A stretch of DNA of 64,000 nt from Macrostomum lignano (Eukaryota), in contig NIVC01000576.1 of the NCBI GenBank assembly GCA_002269645.1, positions 62,001 through 126,000 of the forward strand. Reading direction: 5' to 3'. The notes below the pieces were generated by a model. That model worked only from the letters and a program-made list of their open reading frames with translations. It was not told the origin of the DNA and searched no databases. Position 1 is the first letter of the stretch; each line of letters begins with the position of its first letter. Shown in pieces: positions 39,171 through 51,700 of the stretch. The position numbers and the translations under genes were made by a program.

Positions 39171-39900
39171 CCGAGCTTCACAACTCCAAGCAAGCATAAA
39201 CTTTAGAAACAAAATTAATTAGGATGGTAGATATAAAAATAGTAGAGATCCTGCAGTAGCATCCTGTATGTGGAGCTGAAAAAAGCAGCCACTTCTTATC
39301 TTCACTTTATCGCGGATATTTTGCATGGGGATGCGGTGGGGGGGGGCGCACATCACGGATGTAGGGCTGGGTAGAGATACGTCAACATATAATTATAGGC
39401 CTGGGCTATAAGAAGCCACTGCATACATCTATGCTAATAGTTAATAAGTACAAACGCACTAATAGTCACAATTTTATTGCTATTTAATAAAGACTAAATT
39501 AAGCAACTGACAAAGCAGTTCAATTAATTTTTTAATTATCCGCTTGTATTTGCCGAACTGGCACAATAGCAGATAAGCTTAACAGCTTCGATTTCAGAGG
39601 AATAAAAAATGCATTAATTATCGTATAGTTGAGAAAAAGTCCTTTATAATTGCAATCGTTATAAAATTGATTTTGTTTTACACAGTTACAAAGCCCAACC
39701 AATTTTTATACTGTATGCAGAGAAAAAAGCAAAAAATGCAATTAAAACAAAATGTGCGGACTGCACTACTGAGCAAAATGCTTATGAGTAGAAAGTAACG
39801 AATATGAATGATTTTTGTTGTACAGCAAAATAAACCAACCTAACTAAATTAGAAAAAATAGGTTAAAGTAAAGATAATTAAATAAATTAGTCCTGTTAAA

Positions 39901-42900
39901 CTACTTGCCAACAGACGACGGCTCGCAGGATTCGCGTTTTCGCCGTTTCACAGGTGTCGGCTGGATTACCGGAGCAGCGGGCGAGGCGGCGGCTGCTGCA
40001 GACTCCGGGCCGGCAGTTCTACCAGCGATTAGCGCCTCGCCCATAGCAGTCAGTCGGTCAACCAGCTTCACTCGCTTGGCCTTGACAGCGTATTGAATAG
40101 CCAGACGGAGCACCCGCTCCGACATCCAAGCGGCCGCGTCAACAGCTCTGGACTCTTCCCCAGATTTCAGCGCCTGCGCGAACAGTCGCAGCTGCTGCTC
40201 GCCAAGGCCGGACAGCTGGCCGAAACTGGCCGACATGAACAGAGGAGATTCCAGCTCGGACAGTGGAGTCGGACACAGCAACGGCGCCAGAGGATAGTAG
40301 CGGATAGGCGGCCGAGCAGCCAGCGCGGACGGCTCGGCCGAATTCTTGCAGTGAACGCCGGCTAGACGGAAATCCGCAGGCGGACACAGGCTGACGCCGA
40401 CCGGCCACAGCCAGTCAGTTCGTTCCGGAAGTACCGAGCGACCGTTTAACACCGGACACCAAGCGCCCAGTCCCGTACCGGGCAGGATTGCTCGGACAAC
40501 GCCGTGACTGTCTTGGACGCAGAGCGAACCGGACTGCTGGCAGTGGCCAAGCCAGGCTACACGGCTGCGAGCCGTGAGCGGGATTCGAACCTCGGACCGC
40601 ATTAGTCTGAAGTTGGTATTTTTCGGAATAATGATGTTGCACAGACAGCAGTAATAATCATTATAGTTGTAGCAAATGTAGTAAGCCACTACAGCCAGAC
40701 ACCTTTACTGTACATTTGGTCCGTGCCTTCTCTAAAGCAGGAACTGACGTCAGTTGCTAAAAATAGATACCACGTCAACGCGATATCTTGCGTGCTCCGA
40801 CGCAATGGGATTCCTCCAGGCTATAAGTGCGGACCCCCTCAGCCGTGTTTCCGTCACAGCTCTCTCTCTCTCCCTCTGTCCTGAGATTCTCTGTTCCCAA
40901 CGAGTGTCTGAAACTACAAATCTACCTACCATTGTCTTGAATCAGTTCTCATTCTAAACCCAGACGACTGAGTCTGCTCTGAGGCTAACACCGTCCTCCC
41001 AGTCGCCCCACTGAGCCTGGCAGGATCTGCTGACTATTCGTCTTGTTTACGAGCTATTTCATTCCGACGTGATCCTCACCTCACCAAAGACTGAGACCCA
41101 AAGGGACTGGTGGCAAAAACTACCAACGTAAGCCTAAACCGCCCATGAAAACTCTCAACACTTCACAGGCACAAAGTACCCTTTGCCTATCCAATTCCGA
41201 TTGGTTGCCCGATCCTCAAGTGTTGTGAGCCGCTTAGACCCAGCCTTCCACAAGTCGGTCGACCTTGCCTGCCCTTCTCCAGAGAACTGAGAGCTGAGAA
41301 TTGAGAATATTTTTATCTTAGGGGCGAAAAGAAGATGGGTGTGAGTAGGGATAACAAATGATAAAAAGTAAAGACGCATAACAAAAATAAGGATAAATTA
41401 ATGAAACTCTGGCAGCTCTGACTGTACAAGCGAGTACATCTGACATCTGGCCGGCTGTGAATCGCACGAAACCCTCTCTCGAAGCATTTACCTCGGCACC
41501 GGCCAGTCCCCAGGTGTCGGATATTCGGCCATCTCGAACAGGTCAGCAGCCACTGGACAATCTTCATCTTCGTCTCCGTCAGCCCCAACGAAGCCTCCGC
41601 CGATATTGTAGATGACGGCGAAGCCACGCGGCCAAGCTGACAGCGAGATCAGGGGACCGGGGGCTGACAGCACCGCTAGTTGAAGCCCGCGATGGGACCA
41701 AATTCGAACCGTGCGCCTGGATGGTGTACATGAGTACAGGTAGCAAATAGGAAGCAAAAAAAAAAGTATTATAAGCATACATACATGACTTATGCAATAG
41801 TACACTCGACATTTTCGACAAAGATGGTACAAATCAGTTTTTAAATAGTACATACGCCACAGAATCCGAAGCCCGCGCATGCGCACACCGAAAAGTACAA
41901 TTAAAACTCGATAAAAGTACGCTAGCACCTTTAAAAAGCACCAGGGCACTTCAAAAATGTGAAAATGTACATTTAGAGGAAATAACGCACATTAAAAAGT
42001 ACAAACTCACTTTTAAATAAACGCACTTTAAAAAGTACAAATGCCCTCTAAAGGATTTAATACAATTTAAAGACCTAATGCACTTCTAAAAAGTACAAAT
42101 GCACTTTGAAGCTTTCAATGCACTTTTAAAAAGTACGAACGCACTTTGAAGCATTCAATGCACTTTTAAAAAGTACGAATGCACTTTGAAGCATTAAATG
42201 CACTTTTAAAAAGTACGAATGCACTTTGAAGCATTCAATGCACTTTTAAAAAGTACGAATGCACTTTGAAGCATTCAATGCACTTTTAAAAAGTACGAAT
42301 GCACTTTGAAGTATTCAATGCACTTTTAAAAAGTACAAATGCACTTTAAATCAACAATACAAAAGTACACACAAACCTGTCGGAGCCGGCAAACAATCTG
42401 TTATCGCTAGCAGCCAAGCAAACAGCATCTTCGCCGCGCGGCAAAGCCTGAGTCCACTCGGCGCCGCCTCCGTACTCGCCGCCGTCGTTGCCGCTTAACG
42501 GTCGGACGCGGACGAAGCTGAGCGCCTCGGCCGTCGACGGAGCAGCCAAAGCCAGCAGTCGCAGACTGAGCGCGGCCAAAGTGAAGCCGTGAGCATTGGG
42601 AATGAGCAAGCCGTGATGCAGAGCGGAGTCGTGAAATTCAACGGACAGAATCCGCGGCTGGTCCGGCATAGCGGAGGCGGCCTCGAGGACGCAGCCGAGG
42701 CGATTCCACACTAGATAGCGAGGACAGCCGCTGGTGCTGCCGGGCTGCAGAGGTCGTTGGCGCTGCTGGCTGGCGCGGGCTCGATGAGGCGAACCGGCTG
42801 CTGCTTTGCGGCGATTTTTCTCCTCTTCGGATTCGCTTCCGCTACTGCTGCTGCTGCTTTCACTGCCGCTGCTATCGCTGCCTATAGTGGCCGTCTTCTT

Positions 42901-45781
42901 CTTTTTCTTCTGCTTCTTCGATTTCTTCTTTTTCTTGCCGTCGCTTTTACGATTCTCTTTCTCTTCGTCTTGGTTGAGAGAAGAGTTATCGTCCGCATAA
43001 TTGTCTGCGTTGCTGTCGCTATTGTCTTCTTCTTTTGTAGTAGCAGCAACAGAAGCAACACCCTTCTGCTGCTTTTTATCTGCAATTGTTGGAGACGCTG
43101 AAGACGACATCATTTCGCTTTCGAATTCGTCCACCAAGTCGCGCGGATCAATGTCGGCTAGCTCAGCTTCAGCCAGCAGTTCCGCATCTGTCAGCTGCTT
43201 CTGGTGTTGTTGCTGCTGCTGTTGCTGCTGTTGCAGAGGCCTACTGGAGCAGTTCTTCCTCACTTCCGTAGTTCGAATGTCTCCCTTAGCGTCCAGATAG
43301 ACCAAAGCCGGTTGCACCGCCGCGCCAGCCTGCGGACTGCGCCACCACCAGCACAGCTGATTGACCGGACACAGGCCGGGACTGCGCAAAGCAAAGTAGG
43401 GAGCCGCCTGGCGTAGGGAGGCCTCGCGTAGCGGCGCATCGGACCAGGCGATTGACCAGGCACTGATGGCGCCTGGGATTGAGTTTGATAGCTTCAATTA
43501 ATATGGAAATCATCTTCATGGAACTAAATTGGATAGGGTAGAATCTACTGCAAATTAAAGGGAAATAATCCGCGCGAAAAAAATTGTTTGGGTGGATTCT
43601 GAGGAATCCCAGTGGATTCTGGGAATTCCAATGGATTCTGGGGAATCCAAATAGATTCTGGGGAATCCCAATGGATTCTGGGGAATCCCAATGGATTCTG
43701 AAAAATTCCAGTGGATTCGGAGGTATCCCAGTGGATTCTGGGGAATCCCAATAGATTCTGGGGAATCCCCAATGGATTCTGGGGAATCCAATGGATTCTG
43801 GGGAATCCAATGGATTCTGGGGGAATCCCAATGGATTCTGGGAATCCCAATAGATTCTGGGGAATCCCAATAGATTCTGGGAATCCCAATAGATTCTGGG
43901 GAATCCCAATAGATTCTGGGGAATCCCTATGGATTTCGGGGGAAACCCAGTGAATTCTGGGGAATTCCAGAAACAGATAAATATATTATTAATTTGGAAT
44001 CACCATCTCGACTTCCAGCGGCAATAAAGTCGGCCTGCTGGCTCCACACGCAGCAGAGGATGGGGCCGCGAAGCTGGTCGCTAGAGCAGGTTGCTGAAAC
44101 TGGCCAGGAATTTCCTCTGAAAGATATGGTTGAAAAAAGGAAAAAACTTCAGAAGGGTTCTAGGCAAACAACTAGGCATGTCTTAAAATTAATGTTAATT
44201 TTGGATAATTTAAAAAGGAATTAATTACAAGATAAACTTTGAACAGAATCTGAGGTGGAAGTAGGTGCACCCTGGCGCACCTTAAGCCACATTGTCACAC
44301 AACCGGCGACAGGCATTGCCGCCCATTCCGCCGACTCCCCTAAGCAGGCACACAAGCGCGCGGATACGTTCGCAGTCACACGCACAGGCACACACACAGG
44401 AGTGTACAGCGGCCCTAACTTTATTTATCGTTAGGCATGTACACTTCACTATGCCTTGGGGTTGGATCTCAAGGCCGTTAATTGCACGAGCAGAGCCAAG
44501 CCGAGATTCCAGATTAGTGTGACTGCACTTGGAACCGAGCCTATTGAAAGAAAGCAATAAACAAACAAAAGAAGTCAAACCTGGCTAGCAGTCGCAGCTC
44601 GCAATCAAATGGCATAGCCAACAGCCTGCCAGCCATGGGCTCCCACACCAGCGGACAAGGACTAGCGGCCAATGCGGGATCTGAACAGGCCTTGGCAACT
44701 GGCCAAGATTTGATCTGTTTGCCACTGGCAGCTTGCCAAATTCTGGCCGTACCGTCGCAAGCTGAGGTGGCAAAAAACTCGCCTTCGGGATCCAAAGCCA
44801 CTGACAGCAGCGGCCCCGAATGACCCTTGAGGGCCACCTCGCCAACGTAGCAGTCGCCATCGTCTAGTTCTATAACTTTGGCGGTGAAATCGGCCGAACC
44901 GATGCCAACTAGACGGCCAGACTGCGCTGCCGAGATGCACGTAACATTGGCCGTGAAGCTGAAGACGGGAGTTGGAGCAAGCTGAAGCTGGCCTGAAGGG
45001 ACAATCTGAAGCTGGCCTGAAGGGCAATCTGAAGCTGGCCTGAAGGGATGATCTGAAGCTGGCCTGAAGGGATAATCTGAAGCTGGCCTGAAGGGACAAT
45101 CTGAAGCTGGCTTGAAGGGACAATCTGAAGCTGGCCTGAAGGGATAATCTGAAGCTGGCCTGAAGGGACAATCTGAAGCTGGCTTGAAGGGACAATCTGA
45201 AGCTGGCCTGAAGGGATAATCTGAAGCTGGCCTGAAGGGATAATCTGAAGCTGGCCTGAAGGGATAATCTGAAGCTGGCCTGAAGGGATAATCTGAAGCT
45301 GGCCTGAAGGGATAATCTGAAGCTGGTCTGAAGGGAAATCTCAAGCTGGCCTGAAGGGACAATCTGAAGCTGGCCCAGAGGGGCAATCTGAAGCTGGCTT
45401 GGAGGTTTACTCGTCTACTTTGGCACTGTTACCTGAGATCGAATAAACTTAAATCGAAAAATTCTACTTAGTTAATCGATATTTAATGTACAAACTTGTG
45501 TGTGGAAACTGCATATACCGATATTATATAAACACATTCGAAGATATCAGAAGATTCCAGCCAGTGGGTCAGTCACTAACCGAGTCAGCGGCCCATCTGG
45601 CAGGTCGTCTTGCAGTGTACGCAGCTCCACTTTGGCCTCAATGCCAATCAGCAGATGCGGAGGTCGCACAGCCACAGCCGTGGCTGGTTCAGGCGAGCCG
45701 GTGTCGCAGGTGTGCAGTCGCTCACAGGAGGCGGCATCGAATACGTGCACTTGGCCGTGACGATCAAGGGCCGACACAAAT
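39901..45781 (-). CDS. WDHD1: WD repeat and HMG-box DNA-binding protein 1 (And-1/Ctf4). Exons 45781-45581, 44958-44581, 44116-44004, 43472-42377, 41716-41492, 40606-39901; first coding exon not found
   Basis: WD40 segments PDGPLTRFTANV, GSADFTAKV, GHSGPLLSVALDPEGEFFATSACDGTARIW. SepB-region motifs QPGST..RYLVWNRLG and SVEFHDSALHH. Helical RAVDAAAWMSERVLRLAIQYA. All junctions are GT-AG with consistent phase. Confidence 0.93.
42085..42346. repeat. 40-bp minisatellite (aatgcacttttaaaaagtacg + aatgcactttgaagcattc) in a WDHD1 intron
   Basis: Unit read directly; made of two related subunits. Confidence 0.92.
43590..43968. repeat. 20-21-bp minisatellite (gggaatcccaatggattctg) in a WDHD1 intron
   Basis: Unit read directly. 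Confidence 0.94.
44266..44541 (-). mobile_element. SINE-like element copy 3 (from the B-box to gggtgcac), in a WDHD1 intron
   Basis: The reverse complement starts ggctcggttccaagtgcagtcac and follows copy 1 with a short internal deletion. Confidence 0.82.
44978..45400. repeat. 24-bp minisatellite (gctggcctgaagggataatctgaa) in a WDHD1 intron
   Basis: Unit read directly. Confidence 0.95.
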
Positions 45782-45811
45782 CTGGGTTTGGAAGGCGTCG
45801 AAATAAAGGTG

Positions 45812-46230
45812 GGAGGCTGGCCCAGCAAATGAGGATCTGGGAGGCTGGCCCAGCAACTGAGGATCTGGGAGGCTGGCCCAGCAACTGAGGATCTGGGAGG
45901 CTGGCCCAGCAACTGAGGACCTGGGAGCCTGACCTAGCAACTGAAGATATGAGAAGCTGGCCCAACAACTGAGGATCTGGGAGGCTGGCCTAGCAACTGA
46001 CACTCTGGGAGGCTGGCCTAGCAACTGAGAATCTGGGAGGCTGGCCTAGCAACTGAGGACCTGGGAGCCTGACCTAGCAACTGAAGATATGAGAAGCTGG
46101 CCCAACAACTGAGGATCTAGAAGGCTGGCCTAGCAACTAAGGATCTGGGAGACTGTCTTAGCAATTAACACTGGGAGATTAGCCCAACAACTAAGGATCT
46201 AGGAGACTAGCTTAGCAACTAAGAATCTTT
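45812..46230. repeat. 28-bp minisatellite, reverse complement of the 5650-6140 family
   Basis: ggaggctggcccagcaactgaggatctg units, degenerating towards 46230. Confidence 0.93.
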
Positions 46231-47959
46231 GAAGCTTGCTTATAAAACTGATTTTTATTTTTTACTTTTGTAGATAATTAGAAATTAATACAAATATCAC
46301 TATGAGGTCTTCATTATCTTAGGATTGTATAGATTCAATGAATATTTGCTATTAATAAAGTAGCATAATTAAAACCAATATTAAAGTTAAACATATAGTT
46401 TTCTATTATAAGATAAGAAGACAAAATATCTTAAAATATATTTAAATATTTTTAAAGAATATTTGCTACTACAAGAAACTTTGAATATTTAACCACTACT
46501 AGAAATAAGCATAGAAAAAAATGGAAGCCTTACATGTATTTATAGGAATAGGAATTATATTGTATATAAAAAATGACTCACTTTTTAGTATTGTCAACAT
46601 GCATTTAATGTAGAAAAGAAGATGTATCCAATTGGACATCATTTTTTGTTTGCAACCTTTTAATAATAATAATAAGTTATTCCAAATGCAAAAGTTCTTC
46701 TAATATTTTAGAACAAGGTAAAACTATAATTTTTTAGCCTCAACTGAATTAGGCCATGGCCACTATTGAATTTGTCATTGACTTGAACTAGACATAATCT
46801 AGACCAGCATAGGCTGCATGTAGCTAAATTGGATGACTTCAAGATTTAGATTTGGATTTCTAATAATTGAAAATAGAGCCTATCTATAGGTCTATAGACC
46901 TATTATTAAATGACAGCTAGATTGTAGTGCAAGCAATTACAAGCAAACAGCATCCAAAATTACATAACTGCACCAAAAGTTATCTTATTCTGAGTACGAA
47001 ATTGCATTTTTGATTTTTTATGTAGAATACCACTTTATTGATTTGATTGAAAATTTCTAAATTGCACCCCAGGAAGTTGAATTTAAGTTTAACCATAAGG
47101 GCATTATAGCAGCAAAACTGCGCCCAATATCCAGAGAAAAACAGAATGAGAAAAATTTCACACAATTCTCAAAAATTAAACATAATATTTTAATAGTCTT
47201 ATATACCTGTCGTTAATGTCTAAGAATGATGGTTTGACTTCTGACACAGCAGTAATTAATTTTTGAGACCACATTGGTTGCAATCTCCAAGCAAACCTAT
47301 TAATTAAAGCTTGAACGAAATTAAATGTAAAAATCAACGTCTTCTTTTCAGAACTGATACGTCAGTTTTATTATCTATGAAGTCCAAATTTGTTTGATAA
47401 CTGGGAACACGTCGTGTCACACCCGCAAACAAAAATGTGCGCACGTGCGCACGCCTGGCTGACCGAACCGGGGCTGCCCTCATTTAAAAGCGCATAAAAG
47501 TTAACAAAACGTTACTTATTTATAGTACTAGAAGCCAATTAAATACTGAACTGCATTTCATACTTTGATTTATAAAAAGTTTAGAGAATGCTATATAAGT
47601 TCACTTAAAAAACTAATAGCTTTACATGTAGGAACAGCACTACCGCTAAGAGTTTCGTTGTAATTGATCACAGTACACGTATAATCTGGTTTGTCAGTTA
47701 AATTCAGTCAATTGATACTTTCGACTCATTATTTTCCACTCATGAAAACTCGAAAATCTGATTTTTTTATTTTTTCACCATTTGCTACATCAAGAAGGAA
47801 GAGCTTAAGAATATAACTAATTTTCAAAAAATGGATGCATTTAGAGCAGCTGAGCTGCTCGATTTGGCTTTTTAAGTCGTTTTTCTGTGCATTTTTGGCT
47901 TTTCAAGCTGTATAGAAATGCGACACGGGTGTCAAAACTGTAATTGATGTAATTGACTG

Positions 47960-48306
47960 CAGTGGCGTAGCCAGGGGGGCCGGGGGGGCCCCTGGAGGGT
48001 GGGGTTGGGCGCGGCGGGTATTTAAATAGAATAGCAATTCTGGAAAGGAAATGATACAAAACTGGAGAGAACAAGGAACCATGATGCAATTCAATGTAAT
48101 ACCATTACAATACGATTACGCTCATTGAACATAACATTGGGATTGGGCCATTGGCCATCATGCACTATGGTGTGGCATCACTATGCATGGTAAGGCATGC
48201 CGAGTGGCGTGTGGTGTATGCGCAAAGTGGCAATGGCAATGGCATGAGGCATGGCCAGCCAGGCCAACCCACCCCCCCCCCATTGAAATTCCTGGCTACG
48301 CCACTG
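47960..48306. mobile_element. hAT-type MITE, 347 bp, 16-bp TIRs, 8-bp TSD ATTGACTG
   Basis: cagtggcgtagccagg at 47960 and cctggctacgccactg ending at 48306; attgactg at 47952-47959 and 48307-48314. Confidence 0.93.
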
Positions 48307-48713
48307 ATTGACTGCATGGATGATGTACTATATACTTTGCACATACGATTCATAAATTCACTGCCGCGATTTATTCTAGGTCGATCTTGCCTTCTCGAAT
48401 CATATGGACAACTTTAGTAGTTCAGCTCTTGAGTTCTAAGTACATGTAACTTGTTCACATACAGTACTGGTCTTAATAGACTTTACTGTTAACAGGGCTA
48501 AAATGTTGGTGGATTTCTGCATCTCGTCAAGAATTGGAAGTCGTTCTGCAGTAGTATAGTCAGCTCTACAGTTCAGTGAATGCTTGACAATTTCAAATAA
48601 ATATATTTATACAATTAATCGACTCGCGATGTCAAACTGTTGAAGAAAAATTGCATTATCATTTATCGCTGCGCAGGGTGGTTAGCTGCTGGTATTCAGC
48701 ATCAGCGGCATCA

Positions 48714-51700
48714 TCATCCTTGACTTCCAGCAGCCTCGATGTGAAAGCTGGGTGACACAGCCGAACCGCTGCTACTACGACAGCACGAGGACCTGTAAAA
48801 ATCACGGAGAAATCGTCCATCAGTTCGTTTTTTACCTATAATACATGTTAGAAATTGTGCATCTACCCAGCACCTTATACGTCTCGATATTTGCACTAAT
48901 AACCTAAATTGCATGAACAAAAACGAGTATCTCTCGATCGTAGTTATACATGTATTTTGGCTCTTACATGTATTTCATAAAATCAGACAAAGCTATCTAG
49001 GAACCGATTTCTTGATTTCTCTAATTATCCTGCTCACTCACTCACCCTTGCAGCTTCATCAACTCGTCGCCCTCGCGCAGCGTCTCCGGCAGAGTTCTGC
49101 CCGCGGTCTCTGGCATCTGGGAGGCCGCTAGACCGGCGGCCAACGAGCACACTCCGTATAGGACAAGCGGCAGCGCGTTGCCTAGCGAGGTTTCGACAAA
49201 GTCGCTCTGCGGGGTAGGGTTTAGGAGAAGAGTGAAGGGTAGGCAATCAAGAGAAGGTATGTAATGCCCCTTGCTCACCAGGTTGACAATCAGCGGTCCC
49301 AGGGCGGACCCAACCCTGGACGCCAGAGCGGCCACTCCCAGCACGATTTGCCTCATACTGGTGGGCACCTGTTCCGCTGTCCACAGGTAGATAATACCAA
49401 ACGAAGCCGAGACGCCCACCTTGCCAAGCAGTGCCAGAGTCAGCAGCAGGCCGCCGAGGCCATCGGAGCCGAGAACAGTCGGGAAGATGCATGCGATGAG
49501 TACCAGGCCGCAGAGGCACATGCTGAATATGTGAGGCGCCTTGCGTCCGCGCCACCTCAACAACAGGTGCGCCATGAAGTAGCCGCAGCCTTCGGAGACG
49601 GCGTTCAACGATGACGTAAGAAAGATGCTCCCGGGCAGAGACCCGGCGCCCAGGCTGAGGCCTTGGTACACCAGGGCCACCACGAGCCTTTGTTTGGAGA
49701 CAGAATTGATTTCGTGGTAGCAAAAGTATGCGATACAGCGGGGGATCGGCAAACTTTTTACCTCAAGGGCCAGATAGAAAATCCTGCTCATGGCTGCTGG
49801 ATAGGAAATGAGAGTGGAAAGTAGACAGGATAAAAGATGAGAGATGAGATCAGTTCCAAATGAGTTCCAAAGGACCCGAGGCCGGATAGAGAGAGCCGGA
49901 GTTTTTCGAGCCCTGCATTACAGTGCAAACATCAGACAGAACCCACATTGCTAGAACCTCAAACGGTAAGGAGGATTCAGCAACCCTCACCATTGAAAGA
50001 TGACGTTGGCAAACAGGCAGACAAGCCGTCTATATCGAAATACAGACAGACAATTTTCTTTGCTGCTGCCTGGACTGTCGCTTGATTGATCAGAATCGGA
50101 TAGTTTTAACTTGAGCTCGTCTGGCAGTTGGACTCCGTTAACTTTGGCGGCTTTTCTGATCACCAGCTCCGCTTCTGAATGACGGCCCAGAGCAAGCAGC
50201 CAACGGGGCGACTCGGGTAGAAAACTGAAAACGAGTCATCGGAGGATTATAGTTTAACACGGTGAGTAAGTCAGTTCGCTTCAGATTGGATTTCTTAGAA
50301 AGCTACAGCTCAGAGTTCTAAGAAAGTTACAGCTCTGGGTTCCTTGGTTTTTAAACAGCTTTAGTTGCAGCTAAAACTGCGTGTATGCATGATTGACGAA
50401 TACCTTGCATTGGTAGACCACTAGAATATTCGGTAATGCGAGATAAGATAGGGGAGCTTCTTACAAGGCCGCTGGCAGAGAAGCAAACGAGATGCATGCA
50501 GACGCTATGGAAATCCATCGCCAGTTTTGAAGCAGAAAGGCCAGCAGTGCGGTGACCAGCAGCCCTAAGGTGAAGGTGTACTCAATGATGAATCCCGAGT
50601 GAAGGCGCATTGAAGGACCAACGAACTCAATGCCTGAAATTTCGTAGAAAACAGTTAACGAGAATGAATAAAAATGAACAAACGAATGCTAATGTTAAAC
50701 AAATATGGTGCAAATTTAAGCGCAAGGATCTCACTAACCAATGACAAACGCGGTAGGGAAAACGCCGGTGGAAGCCATTCCGCTAACGAAGCGGCTGATC
50801 CAGAACTCGACAACGCCGCTAACTAGGCCGGAGATAAGATTGCTTAATCCTTGGATTGCCAGGTAGATGAATAGCGTTGTCCTGCGGCCAAATCTGGATT
50901 TTTTTGGACAAAAAAGAGAAAAAACACAAAATTGAACAGTTTCTTATTGGTACGTCAAAAACATCCTCTAATGATGTCGGGCGCGGTCAAACATAAAAAA
51001 ACGTACAGAACCTTAAGCTTCACTGATGGGTGATGATGTCTCAAGACGATATCTCAATGAACACTCTACATGTAGCTGTTACAGCACTTTCTTTTGTTAC
51101 TTATGGAACTACTTCAAAAATTTATGAAGGTGTTGTTTTGATAAACAGTCGATGAGGGAAGGGTGAAGAAAGGAACAAATCAAAAAACATCTTTGAAAAT
51201 GTCTGTAAGACACTTAGACATGTGCACTCGCAGATCACTGGCTCACTTGTCCGATATGAAGCCGGTGACAAGTGAGCCAACCAATAGTCCATAGAAGTAG
51301 CTCTGCGATACTGTTGTCAGTAGGAATTGACGCTCACGACTGCAGACGAAGTTGTTCTGAAAAAAGTGATTTTTTTAGGCCCAAGCTTTCTATTGCTGGA
51401 TTCAGTTCTATTGCGGAGAAACTCACTTCTGTAGCGAACGTGCTCATCATATCGGAAGTGTCGTAGACCCAGCCATCGCTGCACGTCACAGTCTCGTTGG
51501 TAGAATTGGCTGCAAACAAGCGGCACCGATCAAAGCAGTCGCCTTCTTCGGCACCGGCGCAGGGTCTGGTTGGCACAAACTGGCGCACTATGCTTGCATC
51601 GATGCCCCAGGAGTCGTTGGCACCAAGTTCAGGTATCCGACAACGGTGGTCGGGTACGTACAGAGTGTATATCAGCTGGATTCCGTTGAAAGCTGCGCAA

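Noticed and set aside
40560-40600. Perfect B-box GGTTCGAATCCC on the minus strand, suggesting a tRNA
   Set aside because: It lies in a WDHD1 coding exon (EVRIP), the T-stem does not pair, and there is no cloverleaf.
40740-41400. GC-richer intronic stretch in WDHD1 as an extra exon or TE
   Set aside because: The flanking exons already join in phase, and no termini or recognisable motifs were found.
43590-43968. Repeated GGGGAATCCC matching an NF-kB site
   Set aside because: It is simply part of the satellite unit, and there is no evidence that the pathway or binding is relevant in this organism.
49207-49278. ORF track read-through (VSKGHYIP...NPTPQ) as coding sequence
   Set aside because: It has a good donor and acceptor at the same position as the paralogue's intron, so it was treated as a 72-nt intron. 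Retention is possible but unsupported.
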